Assembly: GCF_006345805.1 (NCBI RefSeq)
Contig: NC_042998.1
Location: 178,560,001-178,624,000, forward strand
Direction of reading: 5' to 3'
Length of the DNA: 64,000 nucleotides
Source of the DNA: Octopus sinensis
Taxonomy: Eukaryota
A model generated the notes under the pieces. The model saw only the letters and a list, made by a program, of their open reading frames with translations, was not told the origin of the DNA and made no database searches. Shown in pieces: positions 51,335 to 64,000 of this stretch (positions are counted from its first letter, which is position 1; each line of letters opens with the position of its first letter). The translations under genes and the position numbers were made by a program.

Positions 51335-52010
51335 GAAAGCAGACATGCTGCCAGGCCATGCTGCTTTGCGCAGGATTGGAAAGGTGAAACATCAACAGGG
51401 CACTTCTGGAGAACAGATGAATTGATTTTTTGTGCCTTTATTCAGCGATACACACATACATATAGCTCAGTGGTGCACAGGATGGTAACATGAAGCATCA
51501 ACAGGGCGCCATCAAAAATTTTAATGTTCTTCCCAATTCCTCTGCCAAATTGGACAAAAAGGTTTTCATGAAATATTATATGCTACTTATAATGCATAAG
51601 TAGTGTCAATATTTTATCATCAGAAAATGGCCTAAAATAAAGATAAAGCCTAGTGCAGTGTACTCAAATCTGCATTTTGGTGGGGCCCATAGTTGGCATC
51701 GGAAATTTTTTTAGTCAACAACAATTCATGGAGCCTGATTAATGTTTGTTGAAAATTTGGAGGAAAGCAACTGGATACTTTTCAAGTTATGAGCCTTAAT
51801 GCTGCAAAAATGCTTTTAAAATGCAGTTTATTTGCCCCTGGGCCCGTATTAGGCAAGAAGTTGAAAATTTTTTGGGCCCATGACACTCCATGGATCCTAT
51901 GTAATGCATGTGTAAAACTTCATTAAAACCAGTTGTGTGGATCTCAAGTTATAACGACATGACAAACATACAGACGCACATCCTGTGTTTTATATATATA
52001 TAGATAGATA
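51335..52010 (+). mobile_element. Helentron-type non-autonomous element (HINE/DINE-1-like), degenerate
   Basis: 3' end ..ACAAACATACAGAC..TTTTATATATATATAGAT typical of the class; 5' end uncertain. Confidence 0.45.
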
Positions 52011-53332
52011 TACGACAGGCTTCTTTCAGTTTCTGTCTATCAAATCCACTCACAAGTCTTTGGTTAGCCCAAGGCTATAGTAGATGACTCTTGATCAAGG
52101 TATCACACAGTGGGACTGAACCCCAAATCATGTGGTTGGGAAGCAAGCTTCTTACCACACAGCCACACCTATGCAGAATTTTTCTCTTTAATCAATATTA
52201 TGTCAATAGATTTTTCAAAAACCTGTTGTAATATGTGATTTAAAACTACGTTTATTCGGGTGGTATGAAAAATCCAGGAAAAACAAATTTACTGGGCTGT
52301 ACAGAATCATTTAGTTGAGGAAAATTATGTTCTATGCTTTTCATATCTAAAGATAGTCTGATTTCACATAAGCATTAAGCAAGCCTTTTAAGTACTTGGC
52401 CACAACTCAACCATTGTACATAAACCATTATAAACTGATTCAACACCACATAAAAATAAATTAAATTTTCATTTAAACAAGCCCTTGACAGCAACCAGAT
52501 TGACTATACGTATCTTTGTCACGACTCTTGTCACAAGCTTGAAACCTTTAAATCTTACTTTTGCATGCAGTATTTCCTGTTGTATAATACAAGTGAATGA
52601 AATAAGAGATATGACCAACAACTTGCTTCTGACTAATTCACTTATCTACTCTATGACTGTGTCCTTATGAAACTCATCAAATAAAACAGGTGCACGTATA
52701 ACAAGAGCTTCTTTAGTTACCTTACTGTCTCTTAGTGATTTTCAACTGTTACCATTGTATATGAAATAAATAAAACTTGCAGTTAGAAACAGAAAGTTTT
52801 AATTATTTCATATACTGTTAAAAATTTGAATAAGCTTAATTGGCAATCTACTTTAGCATCATCATCATCATCATCATCATCATGTTGTTTAACATCCGTT
52901 TTCTATGTTGGCATGGATTAGACAGTTTGACTGGAGTTGATAAGACAGAGAGTTGCGCCCGAGAGTTGGTGTGGTTTCTACAGTTGGGTGCCCATCCTGA
53001 TGCCAACCTTTCTACAAAGTGTACTGGGAGTCTTCTACACCTGGCACAGGTGTTTTTTACATGTCACCAGCATGGGTGCCTTTTGTGTATCACCAGCTCC
53101 AGCCACAACCATGATTTCACTTACCTTGACATATTTTCTCAAGCACAGCAAATCACCAGAAGTCTCAGTCATTTGTCATCACTTCCATGAAACTCAACTG
53201 CCAAAGATCATATTTCACCACCTAGGCTTTTATTTTTCACAGGTGATTGGGGCTAGTGCCAAAAGGCTCTTTTACATCCAGCTTCTACTCACATCTAGCT
53301 GCTTACATAATATGCAAAAGAACTTATCCCCA

Positions 53333-53849
53333 ACTAGCAGCATAGCCCAGCATTGCCCGGGTATGTAAGAGCCCCTGGAGCAGACATGATGCTCGCTGTG
53401 AATTTTAAAAAAATTCCTGCCAATTTGTGAAAGATATTGTCGAAAATATGTTATCTTGAATTTGAACGCGATTTCCCAAAATGGCATGATTTTATCGATT
53501 TTTTCTGATGGTAAGGTATTGCATGGAAAACTAACGTCAGAATTAAGTTTCTTAGGGTAACATTAAGCTTCACCATGAGTTTGGTCAAAATCGATTGCAA
53601 GTTGCGAAAACTATAACAGAAAATGTGTTGCAAATAAAAAGCTTAGATTCTCGACCCCATGTCGAATTTATCAATTGTTTTCAGAACTGGAGGAACTTTT
53701 CAAAATTTTCGCTGCGTTAGTTTTGAATTATGACATTGGGCTATGTGTGTGTTAAGTTTCATCAGAATCGGTTGAAAGCCGTGGTCAGTGTGAGGGTACA
53801 AACTGACAGACACACAGACAGACAAACTGCCGTTTATATAGAGAGAGAT
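53333..53849 (+). mobile_element. Helentron-type non-autonomous element
   Basis: 5' ACTAGCAGCATAGCCCAGCATTGCCCGGG; 3' ACAGACACACAGACAGACAAACTGCCGTTTATATAGAGAGAGAT. Confidence 0.7.
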
Positions 53850-54627
53850 GTCATATTTCTAGAAACCTAATGCAGCATTATTGACAGGGTTTGACCAGAA
53901 GTTGAACACAGAAACCAAGTTATGAACACCTATGCACTACAGTAACTCTTACTCTCAGACTACCTTCCTGTTTCCCAGGATGTCATCCAGCTAGAATTCC
54001 TTCAACTTTTTACTTTTCAAAAGAAACATTATCCATGTCAATCATATCAGTTTAGATGGCCTGTAAAAGTGTTTAACACAACCCTTTCATCCAGCTCAGA
54101 CCAATGACAAACAGCCTTTTTTAAAAATAGACTTCATTAGGTTTCTCTATTTAAAAATAGACTTCATTGTGTTTCTCTAGAGAATTTTTTGACCTTGCCT
54201 GATCACCAAGATTTATTCACACCAACTGAAGGTACTCATACATGGTTGTCTGACCCACAAGACATAGCAGCTAAGCATCTCTCAAACCACACTCTAACAT
54301 TGGTAATAAAAATAGACAAAACAGATAATCTATCAAATCTAGGATATGAAAATTAGAGGGGAAAACCACAGCTTGAAGGGCTTTGATCATACATTCACGT
54401 GATCAAGGACAACTTGGAGCTGAACAACAAAAACAACAATGATTTGTCCCTTACATTCAAGAATCAATCAAATCAGTCATTGCTCTTTAATAAATGTTGA
54501 ACTTAAATCACGTCTTCAATGTACAACTGTCCTGTCTTCCTCCTTTTCCATGGCCTTCTCTTTCTCCACCTTGTCACTACTACTGCTACCATCATCACTG
54601 CCACCACCACCACCACCCATCATTCCC

Positions 54628-54662
<35 letters not shown>

Positions 54663-55524
54663 TGTATGCTAGTGTTGGTTTATATAATTTTTGATATTCA
54701 TAAAACGGATTTCTGTACAATTGATTATCTCCCCTCGATTTCTCTCCATCCTCTAAATTGTACATGCTCATTTAAAACATCAATTGTATTGAATGCTTTT
54801 ACTAAACCATCTTGTTTGTTTTTACCAGCTTTATATTAATGATGAAATAGATTAGTATTTTGGATTGGAAACCATGGATAGCTATATTTCACAAGGCTTT
54901 TTGTGGTTTTTATTATATTTTATTATATGTATATATATAACAAAGGATTAGAGACGAAAAATGGAATACACGAGAAAATTTATTATTCATGTATATATAT
55001 ATACATATGCACACATGCATATACATATACTCATATCTACACACGTACACCTATAAATGCTTATATGCACACACACACATATTAGTTGCTCTCAGAAGTA
55101 GGTCCATGCCAATAGCTTTTCTAGACTCTCCTAGGCTGATGATAAGGGGCATCTCAGTAAATTTGATTCTCTTGATGTTCTGTTTTCTGTTTGAATAGCA
55201 AAACGCCCATAGATGAACGCAGTCACAACTTTAACTGTCTGCTCTTTTGTACAGGTTATGAAAGTGTCAAACCAGTCTGAAAAGACTAGGTCCCACATAA
55301 ATGTGCACAAAACTTGTTTAAAGTAGGTCAATGTTTTCTGCATACACGGATTGTATGTAAAGTGTGCTTTATATAGCATACTATATAGCAAGCCATGTAC
55401 AAATATAAACGTTTATATATGAGTCTGGATATAGTGAGGCAGAAAGCTCTGCGAGGTATATATTATAGTAGTTAGAGTGCTGAACCTATGATCATAAGGC
55501 CAGAGGTTTGATGCATTATGTCCT

Positions 55525-55802
55525 TGTTGTGATTTTAGTTTTGATCACGTGATTTTGATTGTCTCGATTGCTGTTATATGCCTGCAGTGTGAATGCGCAG
55601 AGTTCTGTTCTGTTTGCAGATGACATGTTCAGCATTGATTTTAGTTTTAGTCTAGAATATAGCAACTCGCTGCATAAAATGTTATTGTGTTGAAGTTTGG
55701 TTTTGCTTACAATTTAGCAATCTTTGTATGTATTGTATATTGCTGTATTATTAGTCGATTAAAACCTTTTAAACTTTGATATTTGAGTTTGGGTTTATAA
55801 CA
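55525..55802 (+). mobile_element. Solo LTR (278 bp) with 5-bp TSD, inserted in an S4-type SINE
   Basis: GTCCT|TGTTGTG ... TATAACA|GTCCT; ATTAAA near the 3' end; SINE sequence continues on both sides. Confidence 0.85.
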
Positions 55803-56059
55803 GTCCTTAACCAAGACACTTCATTTCATGTTGCTCCAGTCCACTCAGCTAAGTTCTGGTACAGCCATATCTCTCTCCAGCTGTCACATCCTTGATATTC
55901 CACTGAGCGGTCAAGGGTGAAGGGTCAGAATAGGTATCTTTTCTCATTATTACATAGGTACCTAAAGCAATTAGTGAATGCATGGTATATGCTATCAGAT
56001 CCTACTCACTTACGAGTGACTGATATGGATTCTTTCTCTTTATATACAAGAGTTTCAGA

Positions 56060-56545
56060 TATGCTGTGACTGTAAAGACCCGACAAATGAAGTGAGTTCA
56101 TGGCTCGCAGGACAGCCTGCTGTGCTAACCTTGGATTGTAGAGTGACCCGCTGTTCTTGAGGAGACCTATTGATTCAAGTACGTGAACACCATCATCAAA
56201 ATAAAAATCAAATGGAAATTGTAGTTAAGATACCCGTGCCGGTGATATGTAAAAAGCACCGTCCGAACGTGTCAGATGCCAGCACCACCTGACTGGCATC
56301 CATGTCGGTGACACCTAAAAGCACCAATCGATCATGGCCGTTTGCCAGCCTCCTCTGGCCCCTGTGCCGGTGTCACGTAAAAAGCACCTACTACACCCAC
56401 AGAGTGGTTGGCATTAGGAAGGGCATTCAGCTGTAGAAACACTGCCAGATCAGACTGGAGCCTGGTGCAGCCTCCTGGCTTCCCAGACCCCTGGTCGAAC
56501 CGTCCAATCCATGCTAGCATGGAAAACGACGATGATGATGATGAT
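56060..56545 (+). mobile_element. SINE S2 with internal tandem units
   Basis: Family motif and (GAT)n tail. Confidence 0.8.
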
Positions 56546-57177
56546 AACTTTAGGCCCTTGTCTTTCAACTGAGACTCAAGAAGATGTAAAATCTGATGCT
56601 GTACAATGGGCCATATGTGTGCTTATACAGAGTGGAATTGATGAAGAGATAAAATTGCTAGAAAATATATTCACGTGTAATGACTTCAGTTATAGCCAGT
56701 TGTTTTGTTAATCAAAAGACTTTATATCCTCTTTGCATCATCAGAGTTTATGAAGTAACAACTAGTTGTTGTTGTTGTTGTTGTTTAGCCACAGGTCTTC
56801 CCCGACCTACCTGGCAAAATGATTAATGATATTCTAACCATGGCCATCTCCCTTTATTCTCAGACCGTACCTCTTGGACTACATAGCTTAATATGTTCTT
56901 CATTTATAATGGTAAGGTGTAATTTTGGAGCTATTTTTATCAGCTATAATTTATCAGCTATTTATTATATGTATATATATAGAAAACAAAAAACAGAATA
57001 TCAAGAGAATCAAATTTACTAAGATGCCCTTTATCATCAGTCTAGGAGAGTCTAGAAAAGCTATTGGCATGGGCCTACTTCTGAGAGTAACTAATATGTG
57101 TGTGTGCATATATGCATTTATATGTGTACATGTGTAGATATGAGTATATGTATATGCATGTGTGCATATATATATGT

Positions 57178-57211
<34 letters not shown>

Positions 57212-57274
57212 ACATGAGTAATAAAGTTTCTCGTATATTCCATTTTTCATCTTTATTCTTTGTTATATATACAT

Positions 57275-57582
57275 ACTAGCAGTATAGCCCAGTGTTGCTC
57301 AGGCTTGTTTTCTTTTCGACCCTTTAGAAATGGAATTGTTGAAAAGTAAAAATTTTGCATTATGTAGCTTGTTATTCTCTTTAAGTGAACATTTTTCTGG
57401 TTGAAATACACCGAAAAATGACAACACAGCAGTCAAAAAATCTTAAAAAATAGGGATCTACATAGAAAATAAGCCCCTTTCGATGTAAATAATTTTTAGT
57501 GTTAACATGGTCCGATTTGAATTTTATCTTCTACGGAAGGAACGTGCCACACACAGACAACTTCAGCTTTATATATATAGAT
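57275..57582 (+). mobile_element. Helentron-type non-autonomous element (deleted copy of the 58760-59268 family)
   Basis: ACTAGCAGTATAGCCCAGTGTTGCTCAGG ... ACAGACAACTTCAGCTTTATATATATAGAT. Confidence 0.75.
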
Positions 57583-57940
57583 TGATAATATACATATCAG
57601 CTATTTCTAGAAGATTATCTAACTACTTAGAAAATTATCTCTTTAGATAAAATATGTACCACTAATTACCAGTAACATACCAAGGAGAAGATACAAACTC
57701 AAGACTTGCTCCATCATTTGAAGCTATTGTGAGAAGTCACCTTCCAATTTTTCAGCTATATGGGCAAAGGAACATTGCAAGTGTGTGTGTCTGTGTGTGT
57801 TTGTGAGCAAGACAGACAGACAGAGACAGAGAATAAGGGAATGAGAAAGGAAAAGAGAAAGAAAGATAAATTAAAACAGAAGTGACAACTACTGTATATA
57901 GAATGTATGATTATATACATATGTGTTTACCTTTGAATTG

Positions 57941-58131
57941 TGTCTGAGGAGAGTCATTTTCTTTTTGTACCTTATCATGTAACACACTCACCGGTAAAAT
58001 CTCCACTTATTTCTTATTTTTATTTTCCTAAACGAAAATTTTAGGAAAATAAAAATAAGAAATAAGTGGAAATTCTAACTGTGGGTGTGTTACATTATAA
58101 GGCACAAAAAGAAAATGACTCTCCCCAGACA
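57941..58131. repeat. Near-perfect hairpin, ~92-bp arms, 7-nt loop
   Basis: TGTCTGAGGAGAGTCATTTTC..TTTTCCTAAA-cgaaaat-TTTAGGAAAA..GAAAATGACTCTCCCCAGACA. Confidence 0.9.
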
Positions 58132-58508
58132 GAACAGAATATGCTTCAACACACGAACTCATATAAAGAATCTTGCAAACCAAATCCAAGAACGAAATTA
58201 CTTTTGAGTGTATATTATAAATAGATGCATTCACAACACACACTCATAACACATACAAGGAGTATGAAATATATATTAGCTTGCTAATCTGTAGTTTGAT
58301 TGAATCATTCATCTAATCCAAAAATCTCAGCCATTTATCCAATCATGCAGCTAGTGTTCTTCTTCTTCTTCCCCCTCCTTGCCTTGCATTCAGTAAGCCA
58401 TCATTTAATACCTTGCATTCACCTGCTTTTCTCCTTCAATCTATATAAATGCACTCACTCACTGAGACATTAATCTATCTGTATGACACATTCCTCCACA
58501 ACAAATAC

Positions 58509-58551
<43 letters not shown>

Positions 58552-58759
58552 AGGGCCATGGTGAGAGTATATGTATGCAAGCTATCAGACAACAAAGGAA
58601 AGAGTACTTGGTACATAATAGAGAGCTTTACTTCAGTTAATCTTCACACACACACATATGCATACATTGTCATCATCATAATCATTAAATATATTTAGCT
58701 AGTAACTTTTTCTTTGATGCCTGTAGAATTAGAATATATATATATATATATATATATAT

Positions 58760-59268
58760 ACTAGCAGTATCGCCTGGTGTTGCTCGGGTTTGTTTCGACC
58801 CTTTAGAACTGGAATTTTTGAAAAGTAAAAATTTTACTACATTTATATATTTGTTGTGCAAGATTTTTTATGTGAAATCGTGTGTTGAAACAGATATTGT
58901 TGTATTTCGGAATGGTCATTTTGCCAGTTTAGCCAATAAAAACACACGCACTATATATTTTTGCATTATGTAGCTTGTTATTCTCTTTAAGTGAACATTT
59001 TCTGGTTGAAAAATAGCAATACAGCAGTCAAAAAATCGTAAAAAATAGGGATTTTCATAGAAAAAAAAGCACCTTTTTGATGTAAATAACTTTTGGTGTT
59101 AACACGGCCCAATTTGAATTTTTTCTTCTATGGAATGAAGAGCAAGCCTTCTTATATCATACTCTCAATTTTGGTCAACTTGTACTGCAAGGTCTTGGAG
59201 AAGATAGTGTTAGTTGAAGGCTACCAAACCTGCCATACACAGACAACTTCAACTTTATAAATATAGAT
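58760..59268 (+). mobile_element. Helentron-type non-autonomous element with ~120-bp internal insert
   Basis: ACTAGCAGTATCGCCTGGTGTTGCTCGGG ... AGACAACTTCAACTTTATAAATATAGAT; insert 58839-58960 matches the 42.5/60.0-kb repeat family. Confidence 0.75.
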
Positions 59269-59527
59269 ATATACTCAACATGTCTGACACCCATCCATCT
59301 ATCAACCAACTTAGCCAGTTCCTTGCCTACCTACCTATCTACCTACCAACCTACGTGAATGAATGAATGTATGTATATATGCATGTATGTAAGTAGATAT
59401 GCATATACCTATGTACCTATGTATATATGTGTAGATGTTTGTGGGTTTCAACTTGACATTGCTGATAATTGTAAACAAGTGTCACTGCCATACAAGCAGT
59501 GTTATTCATTTCCATTTGTATGCATGT

Positions 59528-59559
<32 letters not shown>

Positions 59560-61106
59560 TCACACTCTCACTCTCTTTCTCTCTCTAACACGCACACACA
59601 CACACAAAGCTAGTTGAAAAGTTTAGCAGTGACTTTTTTCCCAACAATCTCATATTCCCTTGTTTCGTATGGCAGAACATAATTGACAATTTGAATACCA
59701 TGATATCTCTAATATTCCAAGCATTTCATTAATGATATGTTCATTATCAATATATCTTCATAGACTGGCTGAATTGTTAGCATGCTGGGCAAAATACTCA
59801 GTGGTGTTCCCTCTGTTCTGAGTTCAAAATCTGCCAAGATCAACTTTGCCATTTGTCATTTTAAGGTTGATATAAGTACCTGTTGAACACTGAGGTCAGT
59901 GTAATCAACTTAACCTCTTCCTCAAAATTGCTGGCCTTGGGCCAAAATTTGAAATCAGTATCTTCATGGATTTGTCTCATTGTAATCAATGCCCTTTTTC
60001 ACGGTGATTCTAAATATATTATTGTTGTATTTCAGGATGATAATTTTTTTTTGCCAAATAAACACACACACTATATATTCGTTCTTCACTCATTTATTAC
60101 TGTTCTTATTCAAACTCATGTCCATTGTCCAGAAAGCTTTCGTCACACATCTTTGACCTCTTCAGTGACACCTTCCATCCTCGTGTGTGCTCTTGCTCTG
60201 CTTAATCCATTCTGTTCTTCTATGACGTGTGTCCTTATTTGTGCATGCATTTGCGTCTGTATTTGTGTGTGTGTGTGTTTGATTCTTAGTAGCACAATCA
60301 CTCTCATCTCAGCCCCATATCTCCTCCCCCATTGCTGCTGCTGCTGCTGCCCTTGACCCCGACTTCTGGTACCATTCATGTATCTCTCTGTATTTGTGTG
60401 TTCACCCATGGTGCTGCCTGTGTAGTAGTTGTTGTTGTTGTCGCTGCTTCTGTTGTTTTTACTGCTGTTGTTGTTGTTGCTACTGTTGTTGTTGTTGTTG
60501 TTGTTGTCACTGTTGCTGTTGTTGGTTACGGTGTTGATATTTTTACAGCTGCTTATGAAGTTACTATATGTGTGTTTGTGTGTGCATATAGGTTCGCTTA
60601 TTATGTTGTATCCATGCCCTATATATATTATTTTTTTAAATTTTATTTATCTCTATTTCTTATATTTATCATAGGTATGTGCATATTTGTTTATTGTGTG
60701 TGTATTACACTGTTTGTACCTGTTTCTCTTTTGCTTTTCTCTATTCAGTCTTTAGTTGTCATATTGTATGGTGTGGTGTGGTGTGGTGTGGTGTGGTGTG
60801 GTAGTGGGTGTTATTGTTCCCTTCTAAATATATTCCAATGCATAAAGTGAATTATGTTGCTGTTGTTTAACCCCAAGGGAGTTGTAATTGAGCAGTCCTA
60901 TAATTTGTTTTTAAGATATTGCATGACTAAGACTATATCATCCAATGGCAAGAGGTAATATTTATGCCCACCTAAACAAGGATGTTCTGTTAGAACAAAC
61001 TATACTGTAGTAGATACCACAAAAGAAACTCTCATATAGCTTTTGTACAAAATGTACCTGCCTCTGTTGCTAATAAATATTATCCAATGCGGCTTTCTTT
61101 GTTTAA

Positions 61107-61306
61107 CTCTTTAGCTTTTAAATCAGCCATGTCTAATTAAAATATCAAAATATTTTACCTGATTTATGCTAAAACTGGCCATATCTGGCCTCTCACAACA
61201 GCCCTACAATAACATTCTAAAAATTAACAGTTACCTCTTCAAAATCTCAAAGCTACAAGACAATTAATTCAAAACAATATGAATAAATAAGGTGAATGCT
61301 AAAGGG
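61107..61306. mobile_element. piggyBac-like MITE (TTAA TSD)
   Basis: TTAA|CTCTTTAGC ... GCTAAAGGG|TTAA. Confidence 0.8.
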
Positions 61307-62419
61307 TTAAAATGCTAAGGTGTATGTGATTTGAGAGAGATTTGGCAGCTGCATAAGGGTTCCCCCTTTGGCATGTCAAAGATGCAGAAATGCTATTCCC
61401 TTGTGGATTTCAGCCAGGCTATACAGAGGGTTATTAGTTGAAGGATAAAGAATTTTCCAATTCTGGAGAGGAAAGCCAGTTTTTTTTATGTAGTCTTTGT
61501 AAGGTCAAGGATGTGTGTTTGTCACAAGATATCTTCAGTGATGGTGAGGCCTAACATTTTTAGTGAGACTGATGTATGGCTAAAATGCACATATATATAG
61601 CATTGGATACTTCTTGTCATATCATCTTTCTAATGTCTACTTTTCCATACTTCCATGGGTTGGATGGAATCATTAAGGCAGATTTTGTACAGTCAGATGC
61701 CCTTCTTGACAGCAACTCTTACTTGCTCCAAGCAAGGTAATATTTTACCATAACCTGACATGTTTTCATGGCAGATTGGAAATGAATGACACTGCTTGTA
61801 TGATGGTGACACTTCTTTACAACTAGCATGTTATGTCAAGATGAGCAGGCACAAACACACATACACATGTGCACGCATACACGCACACACACACACACAC
61901 ACACATACACACATGCACGCATACATGCACACACACACACACACACACATGCATCAGGCTTCTTTCAGTTTCCATTAACAAATCCTCTCACAAGGCTTTA
62001 GTTCACCTGAAGCTATAATAGAAGACACTTGCCCAAAGTGCCACGTAGTGGAACTGAACCTGAAACCATGCAGCCAGGAAGCAAACTTCTTAACCACACA
62101 GCCATGCTTATACATAATAAAATGTTTATAAAGTGTACCTGTCCAATGGAGAGAACATAGAACTCAGTCACATTGAACTTGGAGAGATTTTAAAGAGAAC
62201 TGAGACTGCAGTTGTTCAGTTAATGATCATATACCCTCATTAACTCTGTTTTTAAACTAGACAGTGTTCATTGCAACCTTATATATGTTACCGTACATGA
62301 TATGTAATACTATGCAGATTTGATTATGTCATATGTTGTATAGTGTGTTAGTGATTTTTATTGTTTTGTAATTCTTTTATATGTGTTAGTCAGAGAAGGA
62401 GTGGTTTCCATTACTTACA

Positions 62420-62860
62420 CCTGCACGTGTCAGCGGAAATACATGTAGTCAATGTTCAGCATGAAAATCTATAGGTTGTTGTCTGTATGAAAGACTGATT
62501 GAGAGGAGAGAATTACAGAAGCTCACTGTCCTGTGGAGCAAGAACTGGGAAATGTGAAGCGTTTATACTGTCATATTGAAGTTTTGGGATTTTCTTTATC
62601 ACTTAGTAAGTGAATTTGGAATAGTTTGGCCTGTCTAAAACTGGTAAGATTGACAGAGTTGTTGCTTAACTTGAATATTTGCATTGTAGCTGATGTCAAA
62701 AGATAATAAGCAAGTAAGGAGAGAATTATGGAGGGTTACAGTTCTGGGGAGGAATGACTGGGAGTGTGTTTGAATGTTTTAGGATTTTAATGACCTGGGA
62801 GATATGTGAGAGGAGAGAGATATGTGGGCCCAAGGAATAAGGGTATGCAACTACCTAGTT
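62420..62860 (-). mobile_element. Very degenerate CR1/L2-type LINE 3' ends
   Basis: Minus-strand SFLPRTVTLHNSL and QFLLHRTVSFCNSL resemble the SFFPRT.RLWNSLP C-terminal motif. Confidence 0.4.
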
Positions 62861-63866
62861 CAAAGAACAGTGATAGAAGGACCTTCAAGATACTTCTAAA
62901 ACATAGCAGATTATTTTTCAAAACCTGTTAGTAACCCTAAGGGTTACTGACAAGAAGGACATCCAGCAGAAAAACAATGCCTCAGTATTAATCTAAATTA
63001 TGATAACATTACATTTACAGGTTTATGTATTTGTAACTTATTAAAATCACTGTTTCCATCCTAAGGGAATTAAACTTCTTTTATACAGATATTCCTTGCT
63101 TCCTATCTCCTTTCTCTCATGCTTTTAATCCTTACTTACTCCTTATAATGTTGAATAGCTCTAGCCCTGGTGGTGGTGGTGGTGATGATGATGTTCTGAG
63201 ATGAAATTGATGATGATGATGATGATATGATGTTCAAAGACTTTGTCGATGGGTGGTTTTAAACATGAAGCTGTGCTAGAGAAGATCTGACCCCACTCCC
63301 CAACCTCCATGACTCCATGACATAGTCTCTCTCATTGGCTTGTTGGTTTGCAAAACCATCGCAACTTTCCATTTACCAATATCTTCTACAAATGTCATGA
63401 CATTTCCTTTTTGCAGGATACCAAGTATCAGGAATGGTTTAATTCTAGTACATTGCATACCAAAAAGCACTTGGTTGCATGCCAGTTACCTCTTTGGTAA
63501 TCCTAGACGTTGAGAACTTGCAGTTGTCAGTTCATTTCCGTATGTACTTGGCATAATTTGAAGCAGTACATTAGGTAATTAGTCACTAAAAAATATTAAT
63601 ATACATATTTTGATTATGACTAGCAGATTTTACTTCTCAGCATTTACCTGTGTGTATGAACATTTTTTATGGCCATATGTGAAAACATACATGTGAGAAC
63701 ATAGTCACACTTAGATGTAAGCACACACACACGCACACACATTGAGTGTGTCTGTGTGTGTCTATGTGTACCTATATATATGTGTGTGTGCATGTGTATA
63801 CTATATACATACTTAGATGTTTATATACAATAAACCCCATCTTCTTCATGTGGCCACAACCAAGAT

Positions 63867-64000
63867 ATCTATTATAAAAAATCTGTTCTGTCTGTCTGTG
63901 TATGTGTCTTCTAGGATCTCGGGCATCCTCCATCTGATTGTGCTCAAATTTGAAATGTAGATACTGACGGTATCAGGGCGTGTATAAGTCTTGAAAAAAA
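63867..64000 (-). mobile_element. Helentron-type non-autonomous element end, truncated by window edge
   Basis: ATCTATTATAAAAAATCTGTTCTGTCTGTCTGTG is the reverse complement of a HINE-type 3' end. Confidence 0.5.

Larger units (their letters stand above)
54926..57274. repeat. Long inverted repeat pair (54926-55192 / 56983-57274) around a ~1.8-kb spacer
   Basis: The arms are reverse complements, including the same CA/TA mosaic core. Confidence 0.85.

Noticed and set aside
56548-56711. Protein-like ORF LGPCLSTETQEDVKSDAVQWAICVLIQSGIDEEIKLLENIF
   Set aside because: No usable donor site, no recognisable motif, and the start lies in a SINE tail.
57671-57746. Strong minus-strand acceptor/donor pair
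   Set aside because: Stops in all three frames. It also shows that strong splice-like pairs arise by chance here.
60332-60850. Long ORFs such as 60332-60850, 16776-17255, 38945-39387, 22309-22587, 47615-47896 and 43247-43633
   Set aside because: Poly-V/L/I/T/H/Y products come from trinucleotide and dinucleotide microsatellites lacking stops; there is no domain content.
62925-62951. 13-bp hairpin TGTTAGTAACCCT-A-AGGGTTACTGACA
   Set aside because: Too short and isolated to interpret.

Overview
AT-rich, microsatellite-dense eukaryotic DNA made almost entirely of interspersed repeats. The SINE families and microsatellite load resemble octopus/coleoid cephalopod genomes as I recall them (inference, no database check). 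I can support no intact protein-coding gene, rRNA, true tRNA or CRISPR array, and most ORFs in the track are microsatellite or SINE artefacts. DNA transposons: three near-complete or deleted mariner copies plus one end fragment, an internally deleted rosa/DD41D-like element, pogo-like and piggyBac-like MITEs, and Helentron-type non-autonomous elements. Retroelements: CR1/L2-type and Dong/R4-type LINE relics, a solo LTR with a 5-bp TSD, and many SINE copies in about five families (S1-S5 are my own labels). The most interesting signal is a non-coding element made of a tRNA-like head, a (TAA)n linker and a segment carrying a Penelope-type minimal hammerhead ribozyme. At 13,032-13,810 it sits as a head-to-head palindrome flanked by a 14-bp target-site duplication, and the same architecture recurs at 50.9-51.3 kb. 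Two further degenerate hammerhead-like motifs, TAA-microsatellite-associated retroelements and several long fold-back hairpins are also present. Coordinates were counted by eye. Junctions with a quoted TSD/TIR should be within a few bases; SINE boundaries are approximate.
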